64,000 nucleotides of DNA from an uncultured Gemmatimonadota bacterium (lineage in GTDB: Bacteria; Blakebacterota; Blakebacteria; Blakebacterales; Blakebacteraceae). How positions within the stretch are numbered: position 1 is the stretch's first letter; each line of letters starts with the position of its first letter. Below are positions 48,410 through 57,528 of the stretch, in pieces. Both the position numbers and the translations under genes were made by a program. The DNA lies in assembly GCA_964576115.1 (NCBI GenBank), contig CAZNUA010000007.1, positions 1 to 64,000 of the forward strand, given 5' to 3'. The notes below the pieces were generated by a model, which was not told the origin of the DNA, did no database searches, and saw nothing but the letters and a program-made list of their open reading frames with translations.

Positions 48410-50533
48410 CTACTCCTGGTCCGCTTCGACCTGAATCCGGGCGTCGATGGCAACCGCCCCTTCGGCATAGGCTACGAGCGGGTTGATATCCATTTCGGCG
48501 ATCCGTTCGTGGCGTTCGGCCAGCTGACCGAGCCGCAGAATGGCATCGGCCAGCGCCTCGAGATCGCGCGGAGCCTCGCCGCGCACGCCTTCGAGCAGAG
48601 GGAACATCCGCACGCCGTGGATCATTTCCCGGGCATCGGTGTCGTGCAGGGGGCAGAGTCGCAGCACGACGTCTTTCATGACCTCGACATAGACACCCCC
48701 CAGACCGAACATCACCATCGGCCCCACCCCGGGCATCCGGGTGATCCCGACGATGGTCTCCCGGCCCATGGCAGCCATCTTCTGGACCACCACCCCGTCC
48801 ACGACATCGGCGTGGGCGGCGACCGTGTCCAGCATCCCGGCTACCGCCTCTTCGACCGCGTCTGAATCCTCCAGGCCCAGGCTCACTCCACCGACGTCGG
48901 TTTTATGCACGATCCGCGGGCTGACGATTTTGATCGCCACGGGGAAGCCGAGTTCACCGGCGGCGACCGCAACCCGGGCGGCGAAGTCTTCTCCCTCACC
49001 CCGCTCGACATAGTCCCAGGGCAGGACCCGAATCCCGTACGCCTCCAACACCCGCAGGGCGTCGGGTTCGCTGAGTTTGTGTTGCCCGACGGCCAGGGTG
49101 GCGTCGATGATATTCTCGACTGCGTCATCGTCGGTTTCGAAAGTGACCGGGGAACCGAGGGGACGTGAGCGCTGGCCGGTGTAGCGGCACATCTGCCCCA
49201 GAGCCCGGGCGGCCGATTCGGGGAAGATGAAACCGGGCACGCCCGCTTCATGGAGCTGGGCCATCCCGGCCGGCAAGCCACGCTGGCCCATCAGCACCGC
49301 CAGCATCGGTTTTTCGGGATACTTGGCATTGACCCGCACAATCGCCCCGGCCACATCCTCGGTATGGATCCCAAGAGGCGGCACGAAAGCCGCGATGACG
49401 GCGTCCACCCCGGGGTCGGCCACCACACAGCTCAGGGCGTACTCGTAGATCTCGGCCGTGGCGCTGGCGATCATGTCCACCGGGTTACGCACGCTGGCCT
49501 CGGCGGGGAGCCGGTCGCGCAGCTTGGCCCGGGTTCCTTCGGTCAGGTCCCCCACCGTCAGGCAGTTCGCCTCGCAGGCGTCGGCGATGATGATACCCGG
49601 TCCGCCGGCATTGGTGACGATGGCCACCCGGTCACCCGCCGGCAGGGGCTGGTTCGAAAATGCCATGGCGTAATCGAAGAGTTCGTTGACCGACTGGGCC
49701 CGCTTGGCGCCCGCCTGGGCGATCAGGGCGTCGGTAGCCAGTTCGGTCTGAGCCAGGGCGCCGGTGTGCGAGGCGGCTGCCCGCTGCCCGGCCCCGGTCC
49801 GACCCGATTTGACGATGAAGACCGGCTTCTCCCGGGTCAGCCGGCGGCAGACCTCCACGAAGCGGGCCGGATTCCCGAGGCTTTCGAGGTACATCAGGAC
49901 CAGGCGGGTGCTGGGATCCGAAAGCCAGTACTCGAGCAGGTCGTTGGCCCCGACATCGGCCTTGTTGCCCGAGGAAACAAACATCGAGAGACCGATCCCC
50001 AGACTGTTGGCGTAATCGAGGATACTCACCCCCATCGCCCCCGACTGGCTGAGGAATCCGACCGGGCCGGCGGGCGGCATGGCGGGCGAGAAGGTGGCGT
50101 TCATCTGCACCTCGGGATGGGTGTTGGTCACCCCCAGACAGTTGGGCCCGACCATGCGGATGCCGGTGCCTTCGAGAACCGCCATCAGTTCCTCTTCGCG
50201 GGTCACACCTTCTCCGCCGATCTCGCGGAAACCGGCCGAGATCACGACCAGCCCCTTCACACCGGCCTCGACGCACTCCTGAGCAACCCTGATCACGAGG
50301 TCGGCCGGTACCGAGATGACGGCCAGATCGACTTCTTCGGGCACCTCTGAGATCGAGGAATAGGCCCGGATCGAGTGGATCGAGGCGGCGGCCGGGTTTA
50401 CCGGATAGATCGGCCCGGTGAAGCCGTGCTCGATCAGATTGTGGACGATCTGCCAGCCGATCGAATCGGAACGGCGTGAAGCCCCGATCACGGCGATCGA
50501 CTGCGGTTTCAGAATGGAATCGAGATCAGCCAT
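48410..50533 (-). CDS. ADP-forming acetate/acyl-CoA ligase (alpha-beta fusion)
   Basis: AVIGAS, GPNCLG, SQSGA, catalytic SHTGALA, TNAGGPG, NPVD, ATP-grasp HKTDVGGV, DINP; no GNAT domain. Confidence 0.92.
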   Translation of the reverse strand: MADLDSILKPQSIAVIGASRRSDSIGWQIVHNLIEHGFTGPIYPVNPAAASIHSIRAYSSISEVPEEVDLAVISVPADLVIRVAQECVEAGVKGLVVISAGFREIGGEGVTREEELMAVLEGTGIRMVGPNCLGVTNTHPEVQMNATFSPAMPPAGPVGFLSQSGAMGVSILDYANSLGIGLSMFVSSGNKADVGANDLLEYWLSDPSTRLVLMYLESLGNPARFVEVCRRLTREKPVFIVKSGRTGAGQRAAASHTGALAQTELATDALIAQAGAKRAQSVNELFDYAMAFSNQPLPAGDRVAIVTNAGGPGIIIADACEANCLTVGDLTEGTRAKLRDRLPAEASVRNPVDMIASATAEIYEYALSCVVADPGVDAVIAAFVPPLGIHTEDVAGAIVRVNAKYPEKPMLAVLMGQRGLPAGMAQLHEAGVPGFIFPESAARALGQMCRYTGQRSRPLGSPVTFETDDDAVENIIDATLAVGQHKLSEPDALRVLEAYGIRVLPWDYVERGEGEDFAARVAVAAGELGFPVAIKIVSPRIVHKTDVGGVSLGLEDSDAVEEAVAGMLDTVAAHADVVDGVVVQKMAAMGRETIVGITRMPGVGPMVMFGLGGVYVEVMKDVVLRLCPLHDTDAREMIHGVRMFPLLEGVRGEAPRDLEALADAILRLGQLAERHERIAEMDINPLVAYAEGAVAIDARIQVEADQE

Positions 50534-50699
50534 GGCTCCTCTCCGGTGACTGATGGGCCCGGATCGTCAGGGTACTCCCGGGCGCACAGGATGTGCAATA
50601 CGACCGGCTCCTGCAACCGCACACGATTTCCCTCAGATCGCGGAATGCACACCGGGAGATGGCAGGAGTCGGGTCACCGGAATCCTTCATTCCCTTGTA

Positions 50700-50725
50700 T
50701 GCAACAATATCCGGCACGGACCGTA
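50700..50725 (+). promoter_or_regulatory. Putative ECF-sigma promoter upstream of PadR-3
   Basis: TGCAAC(50700-50705)-N16-CGTA(50722-50725). Confidence 0.65.
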
Positions 50726-50734
50726 CTGTACTGA

Positions 50735-50753
50735 TATAGGGATAAGCCCTATA
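50735..50753. promoter_or_regulatory. Candidate PadR operator TATAGGG-ATAAG-CCCTATA
   Basis: Perfect 7-bp inverted repeat 9 nt downstream of the -10. Confidence 0.65.
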
Positions 50754-50794
50754 GCTATCGTCTTAATAATCGGGAGAAAGTCGGAAAGGGAATC

Positions 50795-51169
50795 ATGAAC
50801 AATCAGGATCCTCAGACATTGCTCCCACTGACCCCCCTCACCTTCCACGTCCTGCTTGCCCTGGCGGACACCAACCGGCACGGATACGGGATCATCAAGG
50901 AAGTGTCGAGCCGCACCGACGGGCAGATGGAGCTGGAAGCGGGTACCCTCTATGCCGCTCTGAAGAGGATGCGGGACGAGGGGTTGATCGAGATCATTCC
51001 CTCGGCGGAGAGGCCAGCCAGCGAAGACAGTCGCCGGCGCACCTACCGTCTGACGACGTTCGGCCGAGGCGTCCTGCAGGCGGAATCCACGAGATTGGCC
51101 CACTTGATCGGCGTTGTTGTCCAGAAAGAGGTTATTCCTCTCAGTTCCGCCCTGGGAGATGCACAATGA
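50795..51169 (+). CDS. PadR family regulator (PadR-3, same subtype as PadR-1)
   Basis: LPLTPLTFHVLLAL, HGYGI, GTLYAAL, SRRRTYRLT. Confidence 0.93.
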   Translation: MNNQDPQTLLPLTPLTFHVLLALADTNRHGYGIIKEVSSRTDGQMELEAGTLYAALKRMRDEGLIEIIPSAERPASEDSRRRTYRLTTFGRGVLQAESTRLAHLIGVVVQKEVIPLSSALGDAQ

Positions 51170-53871
51170 CGGTAATGAATCGCTTCTTCTTCCGGCTGTA
51201 TCGTCTCATCCTCGTTTTCTACCCCCGGGACTTCCGAACCGAGAGCACCGAAGAAATCCTGGACACCGTGCACACTCGTGTGTCGGAATTCCAGACCCAT
51301 CGAAAGGGCTTTCCGGTACTCCTTACGCTCTGGGTTCGGGAATCATATGCCGTCATGAAAACGGGGCTGCAGATGCGTTTCGGCGGCACTGGTTCCTCAC
51401 GCCCGCGATCGGCTGGTGAGGGGCAGAATTCCGGGACAACCCGGTTCGTGGAGACATCGTTCCGACACCTGCGTCAGAGCCTGCGGAACCTCAGGAAACG
51501 CCCCCTCTTTTCCGGCCTGGTAGTGACAACTCTCGCCCTGGGGATAGGAGCGTGCACGGTCATATACAGCCTGGTGAACGGGATCCTCATTCAGTCGCTA
51601 CCCTACCCGGAGGCGGACCGGCTGGTAAAATTCTACCTGACGAATACCGAATGGCGCGATTCCGCACCCAACCCACGCTACCAGGAGATGTGGGACAGCA
51701 TTCCCGTTTCCTATGCGATCTTCAACGAATTGAAGGGGGTAAACACGGTCTGCGAGAACATCGGCGTGTACGCCTGGGAAGAATATCGGATCAGCGGGCA
51801 GGAACACCCGGAAGTCGTCACCGGATACCTCGTATCCTCGCAGGTCTGGGATATCCTCGATATCCGGCCGCACCTGGGACGGATCATGCTGGCCCGGGAC
51901 GACGAAATCGGCGCCCAGCGTGTCGCCCTGCTCAGTTTCGGCCTGTGGCAACGGTCATTCGGTGCCGATCCGGATATTGTCGGCCGGGTTCTGCATTCGA
52001 ATGAGGACAACTACCTCATCGTCGGAGTGATGCCTCAGGATTTTTCCTTCCCGGCGGGTGAGGCCGAGCTCTTCACTTCTTTCTCAGACAGCGGCAAGCA
52101 ATCCCGTTCTCCCTATCTGCATGCGATCGCCCGACTCAATCCCCGGATTTCGGTGCACGAGGCACAGCGGGAGATGGAAGCTGCGACACTCCGGTTGGAA
52201 GCAACCGGGGGGAACACGTTCGGGGCACGGTTCGTTCCTCTGGCCGAGGAGGTCGTCGGAGACGTTCGCTCGGCCCTGATGCTGCTGCTCTACGCCGTCG
52301 GGGCGGCATTTCTGATCGTCAGCACGACCGTAGCCAACCTCCTCTGTGTCAGGGCGGCGGAGAGACGACGCGAACTGGCTGTCCGCTCGGCCCTCGGCGA
52401 GAGCAGGGGACAGCTTTTCCTGCACATCTTTCTTGAGAGTCTGCTCGTTTCCGTCACGGGCGGTATCCTGGGACTGATCCTGGCGTTCATGGGATGGAAA
52501 CCATTCGTCTCGATCCTGCCGTCGACGCTTCCCCGATTGTCAGAGATCGGAATGGATATCCACGTGCTTCTCTTCGCCGCCCTGCTCTCGGTTCTGGCCG
52601 GTATCTGTATCGGTCTGATAACGGTAATCAGCATCGGTCAGACGCGGCTTTCGCCCCTTCTTCAGGGTGCCGGCAGATCTCACGGAAAGGGACAGCGGCT
52701 TCATCGCGCACAGGCCGGTTTCATCATTCTGGAAACCGCGCTCACCTTTGCCCTCATGGTGGGAGCCGGTCTGGTGCTGAAGAGCTTCATCAATCTGACA
52801 ACTGTCGAGCGCGGCTTCTCCTCAAGCAACCTGCTGACGTTCCGAGTGTCCCCTGAGGATGAGGATTTCTCCGAACAACGCATCGAAGATTTCCACCGCC
52901 TTCTCACCGAACGACTGGAGTCGCTGCCCGCAGTCCGGGCGGTGGCCGGAACCGACAATCTGCCGTTTGTGGGGGGAGCCTGGACCCGCACTGTGACGGT
53001 TGATTCTCAGGAAGGAGCGGTGCCGGCGACAGTCGAATGGAGCACCGTTACCGGCTCTTTCTTCCAGACGATGAACATCCCTCTGGTGGGCGGACGCACG
53101 TTCACCACCGAAGATGTCCGGACGCAGATACCGGTCGTCATCGTCAGTCAGTCTCTGGCACAGAGATTCTGGCCGACCGGCGAGGCTCTCGGTCGCCGGA
53201 TCAAGCTCGGGGAACCGGAGCGTGACACTCCCTGGCTGACGGTCGTCGGCATTGCCGGCGATGTACGCCACCGCGGTCTGGATGTTGCCCCGACCGCCAG
53301 ATTCTACCTGCCGGTGAGTCAGCACCCTGCTCCGAACCGGACGATCATCGTGCGGGCTGATACCGACCCGATCGATATCGTCGAAGCGGTCCGGAATACC
53401 GTCTGGAGCATCGAGCCGGAGCTTCCTGTTAAAGCGGTCAGCACGCTCGATGACCTGATCGTCCACTCCGTTGAGAACCCCCGCTTTCGCACGGTGGTGC
53501 TCGATGTCATCGCCGCCCTCGCCCTGACCCTCTCAATCGTCGGCATCTTCGGCGTACTGTCGTATTCGGTGACTCAGCGCAGGCATGAAATCGGGATCCG
53601 CATGGCGCTCGGCGCCAGAAGGAACATCATTGTGATGCATGTTCTGAAACGGGGACTGCTGCTGACCGGACTGGGACTGATCATCGGGCTCATCCTCACA
53701 CTCGGTGTCTGTCAGACCCTGAGGGCTTTGCTCTTCGAAGTGCAACCGGCTGATCCCGGGATATTGTTGATGGCAGGTGCACTGCTTGTAATAACAGCGA
53801 TCGCGGCAGGATTCATCCCGGCCTGCAAAGCAGCGCGGACCGACGCTCTCGACTCACTGAAGAGTCAGTAG
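51166..53871 (+). CDS. ADOP-like permease (ADOP-3) with YP.xFR-type prefix
   Basis: LYRLILVFYPRDFR prefix; TLALGIGA; EIGIRMALGA; ATGA overlap with PadR-3. Confidence 0.92.
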   Translation: MTVMNRFFFRLYRLILVFYPRDFRTESTEEILDTVHTRVSEFQTHRKGFPVLLTLWVRESYAVMKTGLQMRFGGTGSSRPRSAGEGQNSGTTRFVETSFRHLRQSLRNLRKRPLFSGLVVTTLALGIGACTVIYSLVNGILIQSLPYPEADRLVKFYLTNTEWRDSAPNPRYQEMWDSIPVSYAIFNELKGVNTVCENIGVYAWEEYRISGQEHPEVVTGYLVSSQVWDILDIRPHLGRIMLARDDEIGAQRVALLSFGLWQRSFGADPDIVGRVLHSNEDNYLIVGVMPQDFSFPAGEAELFTSFSDSGKQSRSPYLHAIARLNPRISVHEAQREMEAATLRLEATGGNTFGARFVPLAEEVVGDVRSALMLLLYAVGAAFLIVSTTVANLLCVRAAERRRELAVRSALGESRGQLFLHIFLESLLVSVTGGILGLILAFMGWKPFVSILPSTLPRLSEIGMDIHVLLFAALLSVLAGICIGLITVISIGQTRLSPLLQGAGRSHGKGQRLHRAQAGFIILETALTFALMVGAGLVLKSFINLTTVERGFSSSNLLTFRVSPEDEDFSEQRIEDFHRLLTERLESLPAVRAVAGTDNLPFVGGAWTRTVTVDSQEGAVPATVEWSTVTGSFFQTMNIPLVGGRTFTTEDVRTQIPVVIVSQSLAQRFWPTGEALGRRIKLGEPERDTPWLTVVGIAGDVRHRGLDVAPTARFYLPVSQHPAPNRTIIVRADTDPIDIVEAVRNTVWSIEPELPVKAVSTLDDLIVHSVENPRFRTVVLDVIAALALTLSIVGIFGVLSYSVTQRRHEIGIRMALGARRNIIVMHVLKRGLLLTGLGLIIGLILTLGVCQTLRALLFEVQPADPGILLMAGALLVITAIAAGFIPACKAARTDALDSLKSQ

Positions 53872-53936
53872 AAAGATATCCAGCTCGTTACGGGCAGAAC
53901 CGGGTCCCTGTCCGGCGGCCGGGGCAGGACATTCCG

Positions 53937-53962
53937 GGAACCGTTCTTGATCCCAGTCCGTA
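53937..53962 (+). promoter_or_regulatory. Putative ECF-sigma promoter upstream of ADOP-4
   Basis: GGAAC(53937-53941)-N17-CGTA(53959-53962). Confidence 0.6.
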
Positions 53963-54053
53963 CAGGGAAAGAGACACGGGAGTGGATTCGATTCCGTGGG
54001 GGGTTCCGCTCCGAAGAGCTGTCTTCTTTTCCACCCTTACAGTAAGGCATCCC

Positions 54054-56471
54054 GTGGACAGTCTCTGGCACGACCTGCGCACCGGCCTCCGCCTGCTGAC
54101 CCGAAATCCGGCTCTGACCGCAACGTGTGTTCTGACTCTCGGCCTCGGGATCGGCACCGCCACCCTCATGTTCAGCATCCCGAACGGCAGCTTCTGGGAA
54201 CCCCTGCCCTTCGAAGAGAGCGATCGACTGGTCTACCCGCTATCGGTCAACCTGGCTAGCGGCTCGACGGGCAATTCGCTGTTCCTGCATGATTTCCTCG
54301 ACTTTCGCGAGCGTCAGACCACCTGTGAAGCGATTGGAGCCTGGTACTCCATAACGGTGAATGTGTCCAGCGCCGGTGATCCCCCGCAGCCCTATCGGGG
54401 AGCCTGCATCTCTCCGGCAGCTTTCCGGATCGTGAGGAGCCAGCCGTTCCTGGGACGCTTCTTCAGTCCCGAGGAAATGCAGCCCGGCGGTCCGCCGGTC
54501 ATCATTCTCAGTCACCGGGTCTGGCAGGAGCGGTTTGCGGGCGATCCGGGCATCGTGAACCGGACCATCAGGGCCAACGGACAGAACGCGACGATCATCG
54601 GGGTGATGCCCGAGGGGTTCTTCTTCCCCGACAATCAGGACTGCTGGCTCCCCCATCGGCAGGATCCGCTGCTCATCGAACGTGGAGAGGGAGTCCCGGT
54701 CCAGACCATCGCTCGCCTGAAACCGGGCGTACACAGGGAACAGGCCCAGGCGGAGTTCAGCGCCATCGCCGCCGACCTCGCCATCGCGCACCCCGAGACA
54801 AACCGGAACCGTGGTGTCCGGCTCAACCGTCATTCCTGGATCTTTCTCGCCCAGCGGGAGGCAGTTCTCATCTACCTGATGCTGGCCGCCACGGTGATCG
54901 TTCTGCTGATCGCCTGCCTCAATGTCACTAACATCCTGCTCTCCCGGACCGCCGGCCGGATCAGGGAAATGGCCGTGCGGTCTTCTCTGGGAGCCAACCG
55001 GAGTCGACTCATCCGGCAACTTCTGATCGAGGCTTTCACGCTCGCCCTGCCGGGAATGTTCCTGGGTCTGCTCTTCTGTCAGATCGGATTGGAGTTTTTT
55101 TCCGTCGGTGTCGCCCGGACCCAGCCTCCCTGGTGGTTCCGATTTGATGTCGATCCGAACGTCCTGCTGTATGCCGGTGCCCTGATGTTCTTCACGACCC
55201 TCTCGGCCGGACTGATCCCTGCCCTGCAGGCGTCGCGTATCAGCATGAATGACTTCCTCAAAGAAGCGTCACGAAGCGCGACAGGATCCCGGGTCACACG
55301 CTCGAGTCGCTTCATGGTCATGACCGAGATCGCTTTCTCGGCCGGTCTGCTGTTCGCCGCCGGCCTGACGGTGAAGAGTATCCTGCACCTGAACGACTTC
55401 GATTTCGGGATCAGGAAAGAGAATGTCGTCTCCGCCCGGGTGCGATTGTCCGAGGCCGATTACCCGACCAGGGAGAGCCGGACGGCCCTCTGGGTCTCGA
55501 TCGCAACCCGTCTGCAGGAACTGCCCGGGATACGCGGGTCCGCCGTGACACCTTTTCTGCCTCTGGAGGGAGCTGTGTGGGCACCGCTCGTTCCCCGGGG
55601 CCAGGCCGACCGGGAGGCTGACAGCTCTCCGGTCTCAGCCGTAAAGATGATCTCTCCCGGGTACTTCAACACCGTGGGGATCGAACTCCTGCAGGGACGG
55701 GATTTCACCCCGGCCGACGAAGCCGGCGCACCCCGGGTCGCCATCGTCAACACCCGCTACGCCGAGCGTCATCTGGGGGGCCTCGATCCGGTCGGGCAGC
55801 GCCTCGAGAGAGCCGGGACAGACACCGGTGAGCCGGGCTATATCGTGATCGGGGTCGTCGGCAACGAGTGGATCAACTCCGATAACTCCCCTGCTGAAGT
55901 CGTCTATACCTCCCTCTTCCAGGACGATCGGAATTTCGCCAACCTGGTTGTGAGAACACGGGGGGAGAGAGAAACGATCGTCGAGGCAATGCGTGAGGCC
56001 GTCGTCGAGCTCGATCCGCATCTGCCGGTGTACCAGATCCGGACAATGGATGAGGTCATCTACGATCAGACCTGGGCCTACTCACTCTTCGGCAACCTGC
56101 TGGTGATCATCGGTATCCTGGCCCTGATCCTGGCCTCGGTCGGTCTCTATGGGGTTATCGCCTTCACGGTCAGTCAGCGCACCAGGGAATTCGGTATCAG
56201 GAGCGCCCTCGGCGCCCGCCCGGGGAATATCATCGCCCTGGTCATGAAACAGGGTGCCCGTCAGCTGGGGAGCGGCATGTTGATCGGGGTCGGGCTGGCC
56301 TGGGTGTTCGCTCAGGGGATGAGGAATATGTTCTTCGGGGTAGTGCCGTCGGATCCTCTCGTGCTCTTCACCATTCTCCTGGTGCTGGGTACGAGCGGGA
56401 TCGTCGCCTGCCTGTTCCCCGCCCGCCGGGCGGTGCGGATCGATCCATTGAGCGCGATGCGGCAGGAATAG
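54054..56471 (+). CDS. ADOP-like permease (ADOP-4) lacking a prefix domain
   Basis: Begins at GTG VDSLWHDLRTGLR (alternative GTG at 53982); TLGLGIG; EFGIRSALGA; DPLSAMRQE. Confidence 0.9.
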   Translation: MDSLWHDLRTGLRLLTRNPALTATCVLTLGLGIGTATLMFSIPNGSFWEPLPFEESDRLVYPLSVNLASGSTGNSLFLHDFLDFRERQTTCEAIGAWYSITVNVSSAGDPPQPYRGACISPAAFRIVRSQPFLGRFFSPEEMQPGGPPVIILSHRVWQERFAGDPGIVNRTIRANGQNATIIGVMPEGFFFPDNQDCWLPHRQDPLLIERGEGVPVQTIARLKPGVHREQAQAEFSAIAADLAIAHPETNRNRGVRLNRHSWIFLAQREAVLIYLMLAATVIVLLIACLNVTNILLSRTAGRIREMAVRSSLGANRSRLIRQLLIEAFTLALPGMFLGLLFCQIGLEFFSVGVARTQPPWWFRFDVDPNVLLYAGALMFFTTLSAGLIPALQASRISMNDFLKEASRSATGSRVTRSSRFMVMTEIAFSAGLLFAAGLTVKSILHLNDFDFGIRKENVVSARVRLSEADYPTRESRTALWVSIATRLQELPGIRGSAVTPFLPLEGAVWAPLVPRGQADREADSSPVSAVKMISPGYFNTVGIELLQGRDFTPADEAGAPRVAIVNTRYAERHLGGLDPVGQRLERAGTDTGEPGYIVIGVVGNEWINSDNSPAEVVYTSLFQDDRNFANLVVRTRGERETIVEAMREAVVELDPHLPVYQIRTMDEVIYDQTWAYSLFGNLLVIIGILALILASVGLYGVIAFTVSQRTREFGIRSALGARPGNIIALVMKQGARQLGSGMLIGVGLAWVFAQGMRNMFFGVVPSDPLVLFTILLVLGTSGIVACLFPARRAVRIDPLSAMRQE

Positions 56472-56574
56472 GCCGAACCCGGATCTCGGCTACCCGCGAA
56501 ACCCATCATATGGACAGGGCCGGCGCAAAGCCCCGATCACGGCGATCGATTCCGGTTTCAGGATGGGATCGAGA

Positions 56575-57159
56575 TCAGATCTGTGCTTTCCCCCGGGATG
56601 ACATGCCCGCCGCCCGACAGGCTGCTTCCCACTGCGGCCCCAGTTCCAGTTGCCCGATCCATGTTAGAAGATAGTCGGTATCGAGTTCGTCGGCCCGGAT
56701 CTTGAGGATACCCGCCACATCATCTATCTGGCGCTGTGACCCTCCCGATCGGGCCCATTCGAGTTTGGCCAGGCATACATCTTCAGCGGTTGCGATACTC
56801 AGCTCCCGGCCCTGGAACTCGACTGTTTGCCGCCGCTCGAATTCCTGCCGGCTGAACGGACGGGACTTCCGTATGATCAGATCGACTTTCCATCCCGTCG
56901 CAAGGTCGATGATGTTAAAGATACTCTGTTGCCGCTGCGCTTCCAGGGCGGATTCCTCATCGACATAGTAGCGCTCCTCCCCAAGCAGTCTGATGAAGGC
57001 TCGCAGCTGTTCGACGGTCGGTGCGATCACGACATCGATATCCTGAGTGGCCCGCGGAACGCCGTGGAAGGAACTGGCGAAGGAACCCGTCAGCATGTAA
57101 GGGATACCGGCCTGATCGAGCGCCCCGAAAAGCCGCGAAAACAGCTCCGCCGTCGTCAC
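56575..57159 (-). CDS. Nucleotidyltransferase toxin, MenT1-like
   Basis: GSFASSFHGVPRATQDIDVV (G-x-x...DxD), KVDL, TAEDVCLAK; GTG start overlaps the upstream stop (GTGA). Confidence 0.8.
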   Translation of the reverse strand: MTTAELFSRLFGALDQAGIPYMLTGSFASSFHGVPRATQDIDVVIAPTVEQLRAFIRLLGEERYYVDEESALEAQRQQSIFNIIDLATGWKVDLIIRKSRPFSRQEFERRQTVEFQGRELSIATAEDVCLAKLEWARSGGSQRQIDDVAGILKIRADELDTDYLLTWIGQLELGPQWEAACRAAGMSSRGKAQI

Positions 57160-57380
57160 CGTAACGATACCGGTACAGGAGCCGGATGAAAGGCGCACCG
57201 CAGAAGCTCCTGTTTCAGCAGACGATCCGTCCAATCCGGGTGCTGATGCCGCAAGCGGGTGAGCAGGAGTTCTCGTGCGGCAGTACTCATATCCATTGCC
57301 AGCAACAAACGTTCCGATCCCGTCAGCTGCCGCTGAATGCGTAACTGGATATCTCTCGCAGCGATGCTCGTATCCCTCAC
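57156..57380 (-). CDS. Small helical protein, putative MenA1-like antitoxin
   Basis: 74 aa; GGAGGAG RBS; ERLLLAMDM...RLRHQHP pattern; coupled to the NTase gene. Confidence 0.75.
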   Translation of the reverse strand: MRDTSIAARDIQLRIQRQLTGSERLLLAMDMSTAARELLLTRLRHQHPDWTDRLLKQELLRCAFHPAPVPVSLR

Positions 57381-57528
57381 AATCTCCTCCAGAGGTGAAT
57401 CCGTCCAATCCTGGTCACCGGACTTCCCGGAATCTTAATGCAGTCCGCGCGAAGACCTCAATCTCTTGTGGTTATATGACTGCCGGGTTACCCCGTGGAC
57501 ACTCCTTCATCGACCTGTGCCCCCCTGC

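Noticed and set aside
48410-50533. Protein lysine acetyltransferase Pat/PatZ
   Set aside because: No GNAT domain, and the catalytic His (SHTG) is retained.
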